From Gemmatimonadota bacterium (lineage in GTDB: Bacteria > Gemmatimonadota > Gemmatimonadetes > Gemmatimonadales > GWC2-71-9), in the NCBI GenBank assembly GCA_003169895.1, contig PNAE01000004.1, positions 74,487 to 138,486 of the forward strand: a stretch of 64,000 nucleotides of DNA, read 5' to 3'. A model generated the notes under the pieces. That model was given only the letters and a program-made list of their open reading frames with translations. It was not told the DNA's origin and searched no databases. Each line of letters begins with the position of its first letter. Position 1 is the stretch's first letter. Of this stretch, positions 27,678 to 36,160 are shown piece by piece. A program made the position numbers and the translations under genes.

Positions 27678-30302
27678 TCAATCCTGCCGCAACGCCAGCA
27701 GCGGATCGACTCGCAACGCCCGGCGGATCGGCAGGTAGCACGCGCCCAACGCGACGATCACCACGAGGACCGTGGCACCGCCGAACGAAAGCGCATCGAT
27801 CGGCGCCACGCCGTATACGATGCTCGTCATGAACCGCGTCAACCCGGCCGCCGAGACCAGCCCGACGGCCACACCAAAGCCAACGAGGCGAGCGGCCGGG
27901 CCGCCGACGCTGCGCAGGATGTCCCGGGGCCCGGCTCCAAGCGCGTTGCGAATGCCAATATCATGAGTGCTGCGACTGACGGTGAATGCGAGCACGCCAC
28001 CGACGCCGATGGCGGCGATCAGCAGCGCAAACGCGGCGAACGCGGCCAGCACGATCAGGTCGAATCGCCGGGTTCCGAGGGACTCCGCCATCAGGTCGGT
28101 CATTGCGGCGACCCGGTAGACCGGGACACGACGGTCGAGCGCCGTCACCGTCCGCCGCACCGATCGGACGAGTGCCATCGGATCGCCGTCGGTGCGGATC
28201 TCGAGGGTGAGGTGTGACCATCCGCTGCCGGGGAAGTACATCTCCGGCACACCACTGCGATCCAGGCCGGTGGATCGCACGTTGCCGACCATGCCCACGA
28301 TCGTCATGGGCCGGTGTGGTGCATCGAGCGTAGCGACCTGCTGGCCAAGCGGATCGATTCCCGGCCAGAACAGCTCGGCCATCGCGCGGTCGATGACCAT
28401 CACGTTCGAATCGCCCGGCTGGAAACCGCGCCCCCGCACGATCGGGATCTGCATCGTGGCGAAGTAGCTTGCGCTGACCGGATGATTGAGCGCCGCCGGC
28501 GCGCGCGACCAATCGAGAATCGGACGGCCGACGATATTGAAGCTCTCGCCGAAATCCGTGCCGAGCTTGAGTGGGAGTTCATCGCTGCTGGCGGCAGCGC
28601 GTACCCCGGGCAATCTCGCGACGTGGGTGAGCAGCTCACCATAGAAGGCGTCGCGGCGCTGTCGACCGGGGTAGCTCGCATCGGGGAGCGCCACCTGCAG
28701 CGTGAGCAGGCGATCGGGATTGAATCCCGGATCCACGTGACGGAGCTGCACGAAGCTGCGGGCCATCAGCCCCGCCCCAGCGAGGAGCAGCAGCGTGAGG
28801 GCGAGTTCGGTGACAACGAGTCCGTTCCGCAGCCGCTGTCCGGCGCGTCCACGACCACCGCTGCCGCTGCCCGGCGTGCCGCGCAGTGCGTCCTGTGGCG
28901 CCTTTCGGAGGGCATACCAGGCCGGCGTGAGGCCGACCACCAGGCAGGTGAGTGTCGCGACGAGTGCGCCGAAGATCCAGACCCGGAGGTCGAAGCGCGG
29001 CGCCAGCACGCGCGACGTACCCAGCGTAGTGAAGGCGAAAAGAGCCTTATGGGTGACTGCGGCGAATGCGAGTGCCAGGGTGAGCCCCGCGCCGGTGATC
29101 AAGCCGCTTTCGATCAGGCAGTGCCGGATCAGCCGGCGCCGGCTGGCTCCGAGTGCGGTGCGAATGGCGAACTCGCGCTCGCGCGTGAGGGCGCGGGTGA
29201 GGGTGAGGTTGGCGACGCTGGCGGCGGCGATGAGCAGGATGAATCCGACGGCGCCGAACAGCACAAGCAGCGAGGTCCGGATATCGCCGACGTATTCGTC
29301 GACCAGCGGGCGGACCGTCACCTTCCAGTCGGCGTCCGTGACAGGAAACGCGACCCCGAGGCGTTTTTGGATGGCGCTCATCTCGGCTTGCGCGTGCGCG
29401 AACGAGACACCGGGCTTGAGGCGGCCGACGACCCAGAACTGGTGGGACACACGATCGAGCGGAAAGCCGTCGAGTGCGCCGAGCGGCAGCCAGATGTCCT
29501 GATCGTCGGGGAACTGGATTCCGGGCGGCAGCACACCGACCAACGTGTACATCGTGCCGTCGATGAGGTAACGTTGCCCGAGTGCGTCAGCGCGGGCACC
29601 GAGTGCGCGGCGCCAGAGTCCGTCGCTGGCGATGAAGACGTTCCCCTGCCCGGGGATGTTTTCCAAACCGGCGAAGCCGCGCCCGAGCGCCGGCCTGACG
29701 CCGAGGACCGGAAAGAACTGATTCGAGACGATGGTGTAGTGGAGTCGCTCGGGGTCGCCGGCGGAACCGAACACCACACCATCGCCTGGGACGTTCCAGT
29801 ATCCTGCCATCGTCGCGAAGCTGCTGTTCTGGCGCTGCCACTCGAGCACGTCGGGATACGGTGCGCCGGTGCGGGTCGTCTTGGCGGACGAGAATTCGGT
29901 AATCAGTGCCAATCGGTCGGCGGCGACGAACGGGAGCGGCCGCAGCAGCGCGCTGTTGACGAGGGTGAAGATCGTGGTGGCGGCGCCGAGTCCAACGGCG
30001 AGCGTGAGCACCGTGGCGAGCGTGAAGCCTGGAGTGCGCCGGAGGGCGCGCACCGCGTGGCGGACATCGCCGGTGAAGGCGCTGAGGCTGGCGCCAGCGC
30101 GCACGTCGCGCACCGCTTCGGTCACGCTGGTGACCCCGCACTCGGCCCGGGCCAGCCGGCGTGCTTCGTCGGGTGCCGTGCCGGCGCCGATCTTTTCGGC
30201 AATCAGGAGTTCGAGATAACCGGCAAGTTCCTCGTCGAGTGCCCGGTCCAGGCGTTCGCGGCGGGTAATGTTGCGCCAGAGACTGCGGAGCTTGGCATAC
30301 AT
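27678..30302 (-). CDS. ADOP-family duplicated FtsX/MacB-type ABC permease
   Basis: ATG 30302 gives MYAKLRSLWRNITRRERLDRALDEELAGYLE, the typical ADOP N-terminus. There are two MacB-like periplasmic + FtsX 4-TM modules. The track start at 30557 runs through the PadR gene. Confidence 0.85.
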   Translation of the reverse strand: MYAKLRSLWRNITRRERLDRALDEELAGYLELLIAEKIGAGTAPDEARRLARAECGVTSVTEAVRDVRAGASLSAFTGDVRHAVRALRRTPGFTLATVLTLAVGLGAATTIFTLVNSALLRPLPFVAADRLALITEFSSAKTTRTGAPYPDVLEWQRQNSSFATMAGYWNVPGDGVVFGSAGDPERLHYTIVSNQFFPVLGVRPALGRGFAGLENIPGQGNVFIASDGLWRRALGARADALGQRYLIDGTMYTLVGVLPPGIQFPDDQDIWLPLGALDGFPLDRVSHQFWVVGRLKPGVSFAHAQAEMSAIQKRLGVAFPVTDADWKVTVRPLVDEYVGDIRTSLLVLFGAVGFILLIAAASVANLTLTRALTREREFAIRTALGASRRRLIRHCLIESGLITGAGLTLALAFAAVTHKALFAFTTLGTSRVLAPRFDLRVWIFGALVATLTCLVVGLTPAWYALRKAPQDALRGTPGSGSGGRGRAGQRLRNGLVVTELALTLLLLAGAGLMARSFVQLRHVDPGFNPDRLLTLQVALPDASYPGRQRRDAFYGELLTHVARLPGVRAAASSDELPLKLGTDFGESFNIVGRPILDWSRAPAALNHPVSASYFATMQIPIVRGRGFQPGDSNVMVIDRAMAELFWPGIDPLGQQVATLDAPHRPMTIVGMVGNVRSTGLDRSGVPEMYFPGSGWSHLTLEIRTDGDPMALVRSVRRTVTALDRRVPVYRVAAMTDLMAESLGTRRFDLIVLAAFAAFALLIAAIGVGGVLAFTVSRSTHDIGIRNALGAGPRDILRSVGGPAARLVGFGVAVGLVSAAGLTRFMTSIVYGVAPIDALSFGGATVLVVIVALGACYLPIRRALRVDPLLALRQD

Positions 30303-30312
30303 GCGGCGTCTG

Positions 30313-30648
30313 CTACGGCGCCTGCAGTGCGGTCGCCATCGCCAGCGAGACCCGGGTCCACGCTTCGGTTTCCCGTTCGAACTGGCGGCGGCCGGCGCGG
30401 GTGAGGCGGTAGAACTTGGCGCGGCGGTTGTTCTCGGATTCACCCCAGGAAGACGCCAGCCAGCCGGCGTCTTCCAGCCGGTGCAGCGCCGGGAAGAGCG
30501 ACCCGGGTCCGACCCGGAAGGTGCCGCGGGTGATCTGCTCGATGCGTCGGGCCACACCCAGGCCGTGGAGCTCCTGCAGCGCGAGGGCTTTCAAGACCAG
30601 CAGATCGAGCGTGCCCTGCAGCAGGGAGGCGCCGGGTTTGGCCGCCAC
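30313..30648 (-). CDS. PadR-family transcriptional regulator (acidobacterial-type, paired with ADOP permease)
   Basis: 111 aa. LDLLVLKALALQELHGLGVARRIEQ winged helix and PALHRLEDAGWL. GTG start with GGAG 6 nt upstream. Confidence 0.9.
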   Translation of the reverse strand: MAAKPGASLLQGTLDLLVLKALALQELHGLGVARRIEQITRGTFRVGPGSLFPALHRLEDAGWLASSWGESENNRRAKFYRLTRAGRRQFERETEAWTRVSLAMATALQAP

Positions 30649-30675
30649 ATCGATCTCCTATCGAGTGACGATATG

Positions 30676-30703
30676 AACCTAGCGGCGAGCTATCGGATGT
30701 CAA
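30676..30703 (-). promoter_or_regulatory. putative sigma-70-type promoter of the PadR-permease operon
   Basis: On the minus strand: TTGACA (30703-30698), a 16-nt spacer, then TAGGTT (30681-30676), about 25 nt upstream of the GGAG-GTG start. Flanked or overlapped by repeated CTATCGnnTGnCnATA sites. Confidence 0.4.
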
Positions 30704-30759
30704 TAGGAGGCGATCGGTGTGGCCGGCTCTCTCGGATGTGCTCCTCCTGCCGACCCACT

Positions 30760-33700
30760 CTACCTGAAATCCCGACTGTTATACGTCAACCCGTCCACCT
30801 GCAGCGCCTGAAACCGGCTCCCCACCACCTGCAGCACCGGCCCGTCGCGTTCCACGCGGCCCAGCACCAGGATCACCATCGCGTGCTTCACTGCTTCACG
30901 ATCCTTCCCCTCGATGGTATTCGGCACGATCACGTTGATGTGTCCATGCTCGTCTTCGAGCAGCAGGAATACTGTTCCATTGGCGGTCTGCGGCCGCTGG
31001 CGCGCGATGATCAATCCCGACACCATGACGGTTTCGCGATGCGCGACGTCGGTGAGTGAACGACTCTCTTGCACGCCCAGGCGATCGAGCTTCTTCCGTA
31101 GCGCTTCCATCGGATGGCCGTCGAGACAGAACCCCGTCGCGAAGTAATCCAGAAAGATTCGCTCGTGGCGCGACATCGTCCTGGTCGCGAGTGCCGCGTC
31201 GCGCGCCGGCGCCAGCGGCATGGTATCCCCCGCGGCGCGCAACGCCTCCCACGCCGCGCGATGCCGGTCGGGCTCCCACGCCGCGAAGGCATCGCCCTGT
31301 GCCAGCGCGATCGCATTGGTGCGCTCGAGATGCGTACGCTGGACGACGTCGGCGATGCTCCGGAAGGGTGCGGCCTGCTGGGCTGCCTCCAGCGCGTCCA
31401 GTGCCGCCGACCCGATCCCGCGGATGAAGCGCCACCCAACGCGCAGGGCCGGCTTGGCGGGATCCACGTCCGGTTCCGACGTAGAATCACGAAACCCGTC
31501 GCGCAGGCAGGGCGGACGCAACGGCACGCCGTGGCGCCGGGCGTCGTGCAGCAGCGTGCTCACCGAGTAGAAGCCCATCGGCTGCGCGTTGAGCAGGCCG
31601 AGATAGAACTCGGTGGGATGATTGGTCTTGAGCCACGCCGTGGCATAGGCAATCAGCGCGAAGCTCCAGGCGTGCGATTCGGGAAAGCCGTAGTTGGCGA
31701 AACTGCGCAGGTCCGCTTCGATCTGCTCGGCAACCGGCGGCGCCACGTGTCCCGCGATCATCCGTTCGCGCAACTCGGCGAGGGCCGCGATCAGCAGGGG
31801 CTCCTTGCGCTGATTCCCCATGGTGCGGCGCAGCAGGTCCGCTTCGGCCGGGGTGTAGCCGCCCAGGGCCATCGCGATCGCCATCGCCTGTTCCTGGAAG
31901 ATCGGAATCCCCTGCGTGCGCGCGAGGATCGGTTCCAGCCGGGGATCGGCGTAGGTGACCTTTTCGCGGCCGCGCCGCCGATTGGTGTACGGCGGAACGA
32001 ACCGGGCCTGGATCGGTCCCGGGCGGATCAGCGCCACCTGCACCGTGATGTCGTAGAGTCGTTCTGGCCGCGTGTGCAGGATCGAGGCGATCTGTGCCCG
32101 GCTCTCGATCTGGAAAGTGCCCAGCGTGTCGCCGCGACTGATCAATTCGTAGGTCGCGCGATCGTCGATTGGGAGTTCGTACATCCTGGGGCGCTTGCCG
32201 GTGCGCACTTCGATGGCATCAAAGGCGCGCCGCACCGCGGCCAGCCCGCCCAGGCCCAGGAAGTCGAACTTGGGAATGCCCACGATGTCGAGATCGTCCT
32301 TGTCGAACTGGATGATCGAGCGTCCCATCGTGGTCCATTCGATCGGCGCGTAATCACCCAGTGGCGCCGAGGACAGGACAAAACCGCCCGGATGGGTGGA
32401 GCGGAGCCGCGGCAGGTCTTCGCACGCGCGCATGATCGTGAGCAGCGCGCGAGCACGCGGTGTGGTGACATCGAACCCCTGTGCCGGCCCCACGTCGTGC
32501 AAAAGACACTTCGCCCCGCGACGGCTGTCGTGATAATGCAGCCGTTTGGAAAGCCGGAACGCGAGCTCCGCGGGATATCCCAGCGCGCGCATGCCGTCCT
32601 GCAGCGCCGTGGGGGCGCTGTAGATCTGCGTCACCGCGGTAATCGCCGAGCCGCTGCGTTCGTACTTGCCGTAGACATAGTCGAGCACTTCTTCCCGGCG
32701 ATCGTGCTCGAAGTCGACATCGATGTCGGGCGCTTCAGTCTGCCCGTCGATGCGTGCTTCGGAAAGAAACCGCTCGAACAGCAGGCCATTCGCCACCGGA
32801 TCGATGGGGGTGATGCCGAGACAGTAGGCCACCGCGGAATTGGCGGCGCTGCCGCGCCCCTGGCAGAGGATGCCACGCTGCTGCGCGTAGCGCACCGCGT
32901 CCCACATCACCAGGAAGAAGCCGGCAAATCCCAGGCGGCTGATCACGGTGAGTTCGTGATTGATCTGGCGCTGCTGCTGCGCGCTGAGCGTCGCACCCCA
33001 GCGTTCGTGCGCGCCGGCCAGGGTACACTCGCGCAGGAAGGAATCGTCGTTGTGGCCGCCGGGGACGGCAAAGGTGGGGAGCGGCGGCCGGATCCAGCGG
33101 AGATCGAAATTGCACTCGGCGGCAATCGCGGCGCTGGCATCGAGTCCCGCTTCGCGCCCCCGCCAGCGTTCCGCGAGCGTGGCCGGGTCGTGCAGCGTCC
33201 AGCTGCCATTGGGATGGCCGAGGCCGCGTTCGCTCATGACGTCGAGGGTGACACCCTGTCGCAGTGCCGTGAGCATGTCGTGCACCAGGCGGCCGCCGCC
33301 GTTGATGTAGCGCGGGTCCTGCGCCACGACCCACGGCACGCGCGCGCGTTCGGCCAGCGCGATCAGGGCACCGGCAAGCGCCGCTTCATCGCTACCGGTG
33401 TGATGACATTGCACCTCGACCGCAACCCGGCCGCCGAACTGCTCGCGCCATTGATGGACCAGGCGCATCGCCTCGGGTAGTCGTTCGTGCTGCACCAGGG
33501 AGGCGAGCCTCCCCGACGGCGGCCCCGTCAACAGCTGCAATCCTCCGACGCGTTCGGCGACGTCGGACCAGTGGAGTCGCGGGTGCCCCCGGCCCGGTCG
33601 CGGCGACGCGGCGCTTGCCAGCTCACCACTGCGTGAGCGCGTCACCAGCGCCGCGAGGTTCCAGTAGCCGCGCTGGGTGCGGGCCAGCAGGGCCAGCGGG

Positions 33701-33915
33701 CGTCCGTCGACGATCAATTCCGCACCCACGATGGGCCGCACGGCGTGCGTGCGGCAGGCCGCGCCGAAACGCACGATGCCACCAAGATCGGCGGTGTCGG
33801 TCAATCCCAGCGCGGTGTACCCCAGCTCTGCCGCGCGCGCGACGAGATCCTCCGGCGTAACCGCACCGTCGCCGAAGGAGTAGGCGCTGTGCGCGCGCAG
33901 CTCGGTGTATGTCAC
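30760..33915 (-). CDS. dnaE2: error-prone DNA polymerase III alpha subunit DnaE2 (ImuC)
   Basis: GTG 33915 gives (M)TYTELRAHSAYSFGDGAVTPEDLV (PHP domain). It is collinear with Pol III alpha and sits downstream of imuA/imuB. The track start at 34059 reads through a palindromic element and the imuB 3' end. Confidence 0.9.
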   Translation of the reverse strand: MTYTELRAHSAYSFGDGAVTPEDLVARAAELGYTALGLTDTADLGGIVRFGAACRTHAVRPIVGAELIVDGRPLALLARTQRGYWNLAALVTRSRSGELASAASPRPGRGHPRLHWSDVAERVGGLQLLTGPPSGRLASLVQHERLPEAMRLVHQWREQFGGRVAVEVQCHHTGSDEAALAGALIALAERARVPWVVAQDPRYINGGGRLVHDMLTALRQGVTLDVMSERGLGHPNGSWTLHDPATLAERWRGREAGLDASAAIAAECNFDLRWIRPPLPTFAVPGGHNDDSFLRECTLAGAHERWGATLSAQQQRQINHELTVISRLGFAGFFLVMWDAVRYAQQRGILCQGRGSAANSAVAYCLGITPIDPVANGLLFERFLSEARIDGQTEAPDIDVDFEHDRREEVLDYVYGKYERSGSAITAVTQIYSAPTALQDGMRALGYPAELAFRLSKRLHYHDSRRGAKCLLHDVGPAQGFDVTTPRARALLTIMRACEDLPRLRSTHPGGFVLSSAPLGDYAPIEWTTMGRSIIQFDKDDLDIVGIPKFDFLGLGGLAAVRRAFDAIEVRTGKRPRMYELPIDDRATYELISRGDTLGTFQIESRAQIASILHTRPERLYDITVQVALIRPGPIQARFVPPYTNRRRGREKVTYADPRLEPILARTQGIPIFQEQAMAIAMALGGYTPAEADLLRRTMGNQRKEPLLIAALAELRERMIAGHVAPPVAEQIEADLRSFANYGFPESHAWSFALIAYATAWLKTNHPTEFYLGLLNAQPMGFYSVSTLLHDARRHGVPLRPPCLRDGFRDSTSEPDVDPAKPALRVGWRFIRGIGSAALDALEAAQQAAPFRSIADVVQRTHLERTNAIALAQGDAFAAWEPDRHRAAWEALRAAGDTMPLAPARDAALATRTMSRHERIFLDYFATGFCLDGHPMEALRKKLDRLGVQESRSLTDVAHRETVMVSGLIIARQRPQTANGTVFLLLEDEHGHINVIVPNTIEGKDREAVKHAMVILVLGRVERDGPVLQVVGSRFQALQVDGLTYNSRDFR

Positions 33916-33983
33916 CCTGAGCGAAGCGAGGGATCGACCCGTGACGAAACGATCCCTCGGTCGCTTCGCTTCCTCGGGATGAC
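33911..33983. repeat. REP-like imperfect palindrome between imuB and dnaE2
   Basis: Perfect 10-bp core CGAGGGATCG (33927-36) / CGATCCCTCG (33950-59) with a 13-nt loop. It is extended by GCGAAG/CTTCGC and GTCA/TGAC pairings. Confidence 0.8.
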
Positions 33984-33997
33984 GCCGCTGCACGGCG

Positions 33998-35434
33998 TCA
34001 ATCCCACCACCCCGCCAGGTACCATGTGTCGCTCGGCACATCGCGATAGAGCAGGACAACGATGCCGTCGGCGCGCACGCCCTGGTGATACTCGCGGGTG
34101 AATGGTTCAGTCCAGCGCTCGCCGGAAAGACAATGGGGACCGAGACATTCCGTGAGGGAGACCTTCACGTTGTTGTCGGTGTAGTGGATGGGAATGGCAA
34201 AACCGCGGCGGGATTGGGTGAGGACGGTGATTTCACGGGGAGCTGGGAGCAGCATCGGATGGAGGGCGGGTTCATTCGCCGTGCGCCATGCGCCCGTGAC
34301 GGTAGGCTCGGCCAGGATCCCGACGTTTCTCGTCGAGTGTACCCTCAGGCGCTCATGGCGCACGGCCTCTTGTTCCACAACCCACCGCACCCTCCGCTCC
34401 AGCAACGGATGCTCACAGCGCTGCAACGCCACCACCGCATCCCCCTGCAGGTCCATCACATGTGCCACCGCGCCTTCCGCCGCCCCTGCCGACGCAAATC
34501 CCGGATCGAACAGATCCCCCTGACGCACCTCCGGTGCCCCCACCGTGTCGACCTGGACCGCGATGCCGGTGACGCGATCGGGCAGCGTGATTCGCTCGAG
34601 GGCACGCCGCATCAGGCGCAGCCATGTGGTGCGCTGTGCGGTCGAGCGCGCCGCGCCCACGGGCTGCGTGATGGTGGTGTGATTCTCGAGGATCAGCATG
34701 AGCGTGAGGGAGCGGGCGCCCATGCCGTCTCGTGCCAGGGCGTCACACACCGTCCTGAGCAACGAGTGCAGCACGAACACCAGTTGCTCGAGATCGGTGG
34801 TGGAAAACTCGGTCCAGTCGAGCGATGCGTTGGGCAGCTCGCGCGGGCGGGCGCTGAAGATCGGCCGGCGATCATCGGCGCGGGCCAGTCGCCACACGGC
34901 GAGCCCGTCGCGGCCGAAGCGCACTTCCACCGATTCGCGACTGAGTCGTGCAAGGTCACCACAGGTTTCGAGACCGACCCCTGCGAACAACGACATCAGC
35001 TTGTCGGGTGGTGACAGGACGTCGAGCGGCAGCGGCGCGAGATAGCTGCGTTCGGCGCCAGCGGCAATTGTAGTGTGCGAGGGGCGAGATGTCCCGAAGG
35101 CGGGCCTCGGTTCGCCAGCGCGGCTGTTGTGTGGCCGCGCGCCTGCGAACCGCAGACCGCCGGAGCGGACGTCTCGTCCCTCGCTGGCCACAATCGCTGC
35201 GACGATCGGAACTCGCGCCGCGCCCGCGAATACCTCCGTCACGCCGATCTCCGCCAGCGCCTCGCGCGCGCGCTCCACCAGCGCGGCAGGATCGAGTCCT
35301 CGCGCGTCGAGCCACGCCAGATGCTCCGCGGGATTTATCGCCGCGCGAGGAGCGACTGCCAGCAACTGCGCCAGCAGGTCATTCGACGCCGCGCCGGTCG
35401 GCCAGTCCGGGATCGAGAGCGCTACGAACGTCAT
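33998..35434 (-). CDS. imuB: ImuB, Y-family polymerase-like protein of the mutagenesis cassette
   Basis: Its position between imuA and dnaE2, its size (478 aa) and its N-terminus MTFVALSIPDWP fit ImuB. The assignment rests mainly on synteny. Confidence 0.75.
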   Translation of the reverse strand: MTFVALSIPDWPTGAASNDLLAQLLAVAPRAAINPAEHLAWLDARGLDPAALVERAREALAEIGVTEVFAGAARVPIVAAIVASEGRDVRSGGLRFAGARPHNSRAGEPRPAFGTSRPSHTTIAAGAERSYLAPLPLDVLSPPDKLMSLFAGVGLETCGDLARLSRESVEVRFGRDGLAVWRLARADDRRPIFSARPRELPNASLDWTEFSTTDLEQLVFVLHSLLRTVCDALARDGMGARSLTLMLILENHTTITQPVGAARSTAQRTTWLRLMRRALERITLPDRVTGIAVQVDTVGAPEVRQGDLFDPGFASAGAAEGAVAHVMDLQGDAVVALQRCEHPLLERRVRWVVEQEAVRHERLRVHSTRNVGILAEPTVTGAWRTANEPALHPMLLPAPREITVLTQSRRGFAIPIHYTDNNVKVSLTECLGPHCLSGERWTEPFTREYHQGVRADGIVVLLYRDVPSDTWYLAGWWD

Positions 35435-36068
35435 GGGAACGGAAGGGAAGGGAGAGTGTCGTCGTGGCATTCCAGCCCGACGACGTCGCGTCGATGGCGA
35501 GGGTGACCGAACGCAGCGCCGCGGCGTCGCCGAACGGGGTACGGGCGTAGTCGAAACGTTCCGGGAGGTAGCGTGAGCGGAGGCGCAGGGCTGCGGGCAG
35601 CGTTCCTTCCGCGATCATGGCAAAGGCGCCCCCGCCTTCGTGGACGGCCCGGGCCAGACGAAACAACGTGGTGCGATCAGCGGGAATGCCGTGCATCACC
35701 ACCAGCGCGAAGCCGCCGGAAACCAGCAGCAACTCGGCGAAGCGCAGCCCGAGGAGGGGCGTGCGGGGCCGGAGCATCACGGGCCCAGCATCCCAGCCCA
35801 GGCCGAGGGTGCGGGAACCGTCAATCCAGGCGGCTCGGAGTCCCGAGGCGAGCACGCCACGGCAGGCGGCGGAAAGAATGGCCGTCGCCCCGATGGCCGG
35901 CATGCTCCAGACGGTAGGCCGTCCCCGCGGCAGGCCATTATTCGGGAGTACACTATCAAAGGCGGATATTCCGGTTGCCAAGCCAGCCTCCCGACGCCCC
36001 GCCAAGGGGATCGCGTCGGGGAAGCGCCGAGCCAGGTGTTCGCGGAGGTCAAGGGCGGCAGCAGTCAT
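35379..36068 (-). CDS. imuA: ImuA, RecA/SulA-fold protein of the mutagenesis cassette
   Basis: 229 aa and the first gene of the imuA-imuB-dnaE2 arrangement. GISAFDSVLP..GLPRG and AAWIDG resemble ImuA. The assignment rests mainly on synteny. Confidence 0.7.
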   Translation of the reverse strand: MTAAALDLREHLARRFPDAIPLAGRREAGLATGISAFDSVLPNNGLPRGRPTVWSMPAIGATAILSAACRGVLASGLRAAWIDGSRTLGLGWDAGPVMLRPRTPLLGLRFAELLLVSGGFALVVMHGIPADRTTLFRLARAVHEGGGAFAMIAEGTLPAALRLRSRYLPERFDYARTPFGDAAALRSVTLAIDATSSGWNATTTLSLPFRSHDVRSALDPGLADRRGVE

Positions 36069-36069
36069 G

Positions 36070-36092
36070 TGATCCCAAAAGCGCAGGGATCA
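36070..36092 (-). promoter_or_regulatory. perfect inverted repeat TGATCCC-N9-GGGATCA abutting the imuA start codon (candidate operator or RBS-sequestering hairpin)
   Basis: Read directly. On the minus strand it ends 1 nt before ATG 36068. An AT-rich promoter-like stretch lies just upstream (36093-36125). Confidence 0.4.
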
Positions 36093-36160
36093 AAGGATAT
36101 ACCGAATAAAAGCCGAAAACAAGAGGCGCGACGAAAGGCCACGGTCCACGCCCCACATCC

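Noticed and set aside
28314-30404. 696-aa ORF on the plus strand
   Set aside because: It is antisense to the ADOP permease and runs across the permease/PadR boundary. It has no TM or enzyme motifs.
27678-30557. 959-aa version of the permease ORF
   Set aside because: The first 85 codons run through the PadR gene in a different frame. ATG 30302 yields the conserved ADOP N-terminus MYAKLRSLWRN.
31114-33480. 788-aa ORF on the plus strand
   Set aside because: It is antisense to dnaE2, which is collinear with Pol III alpha. Its composition is Arg/Gly/Ala-rich junk.
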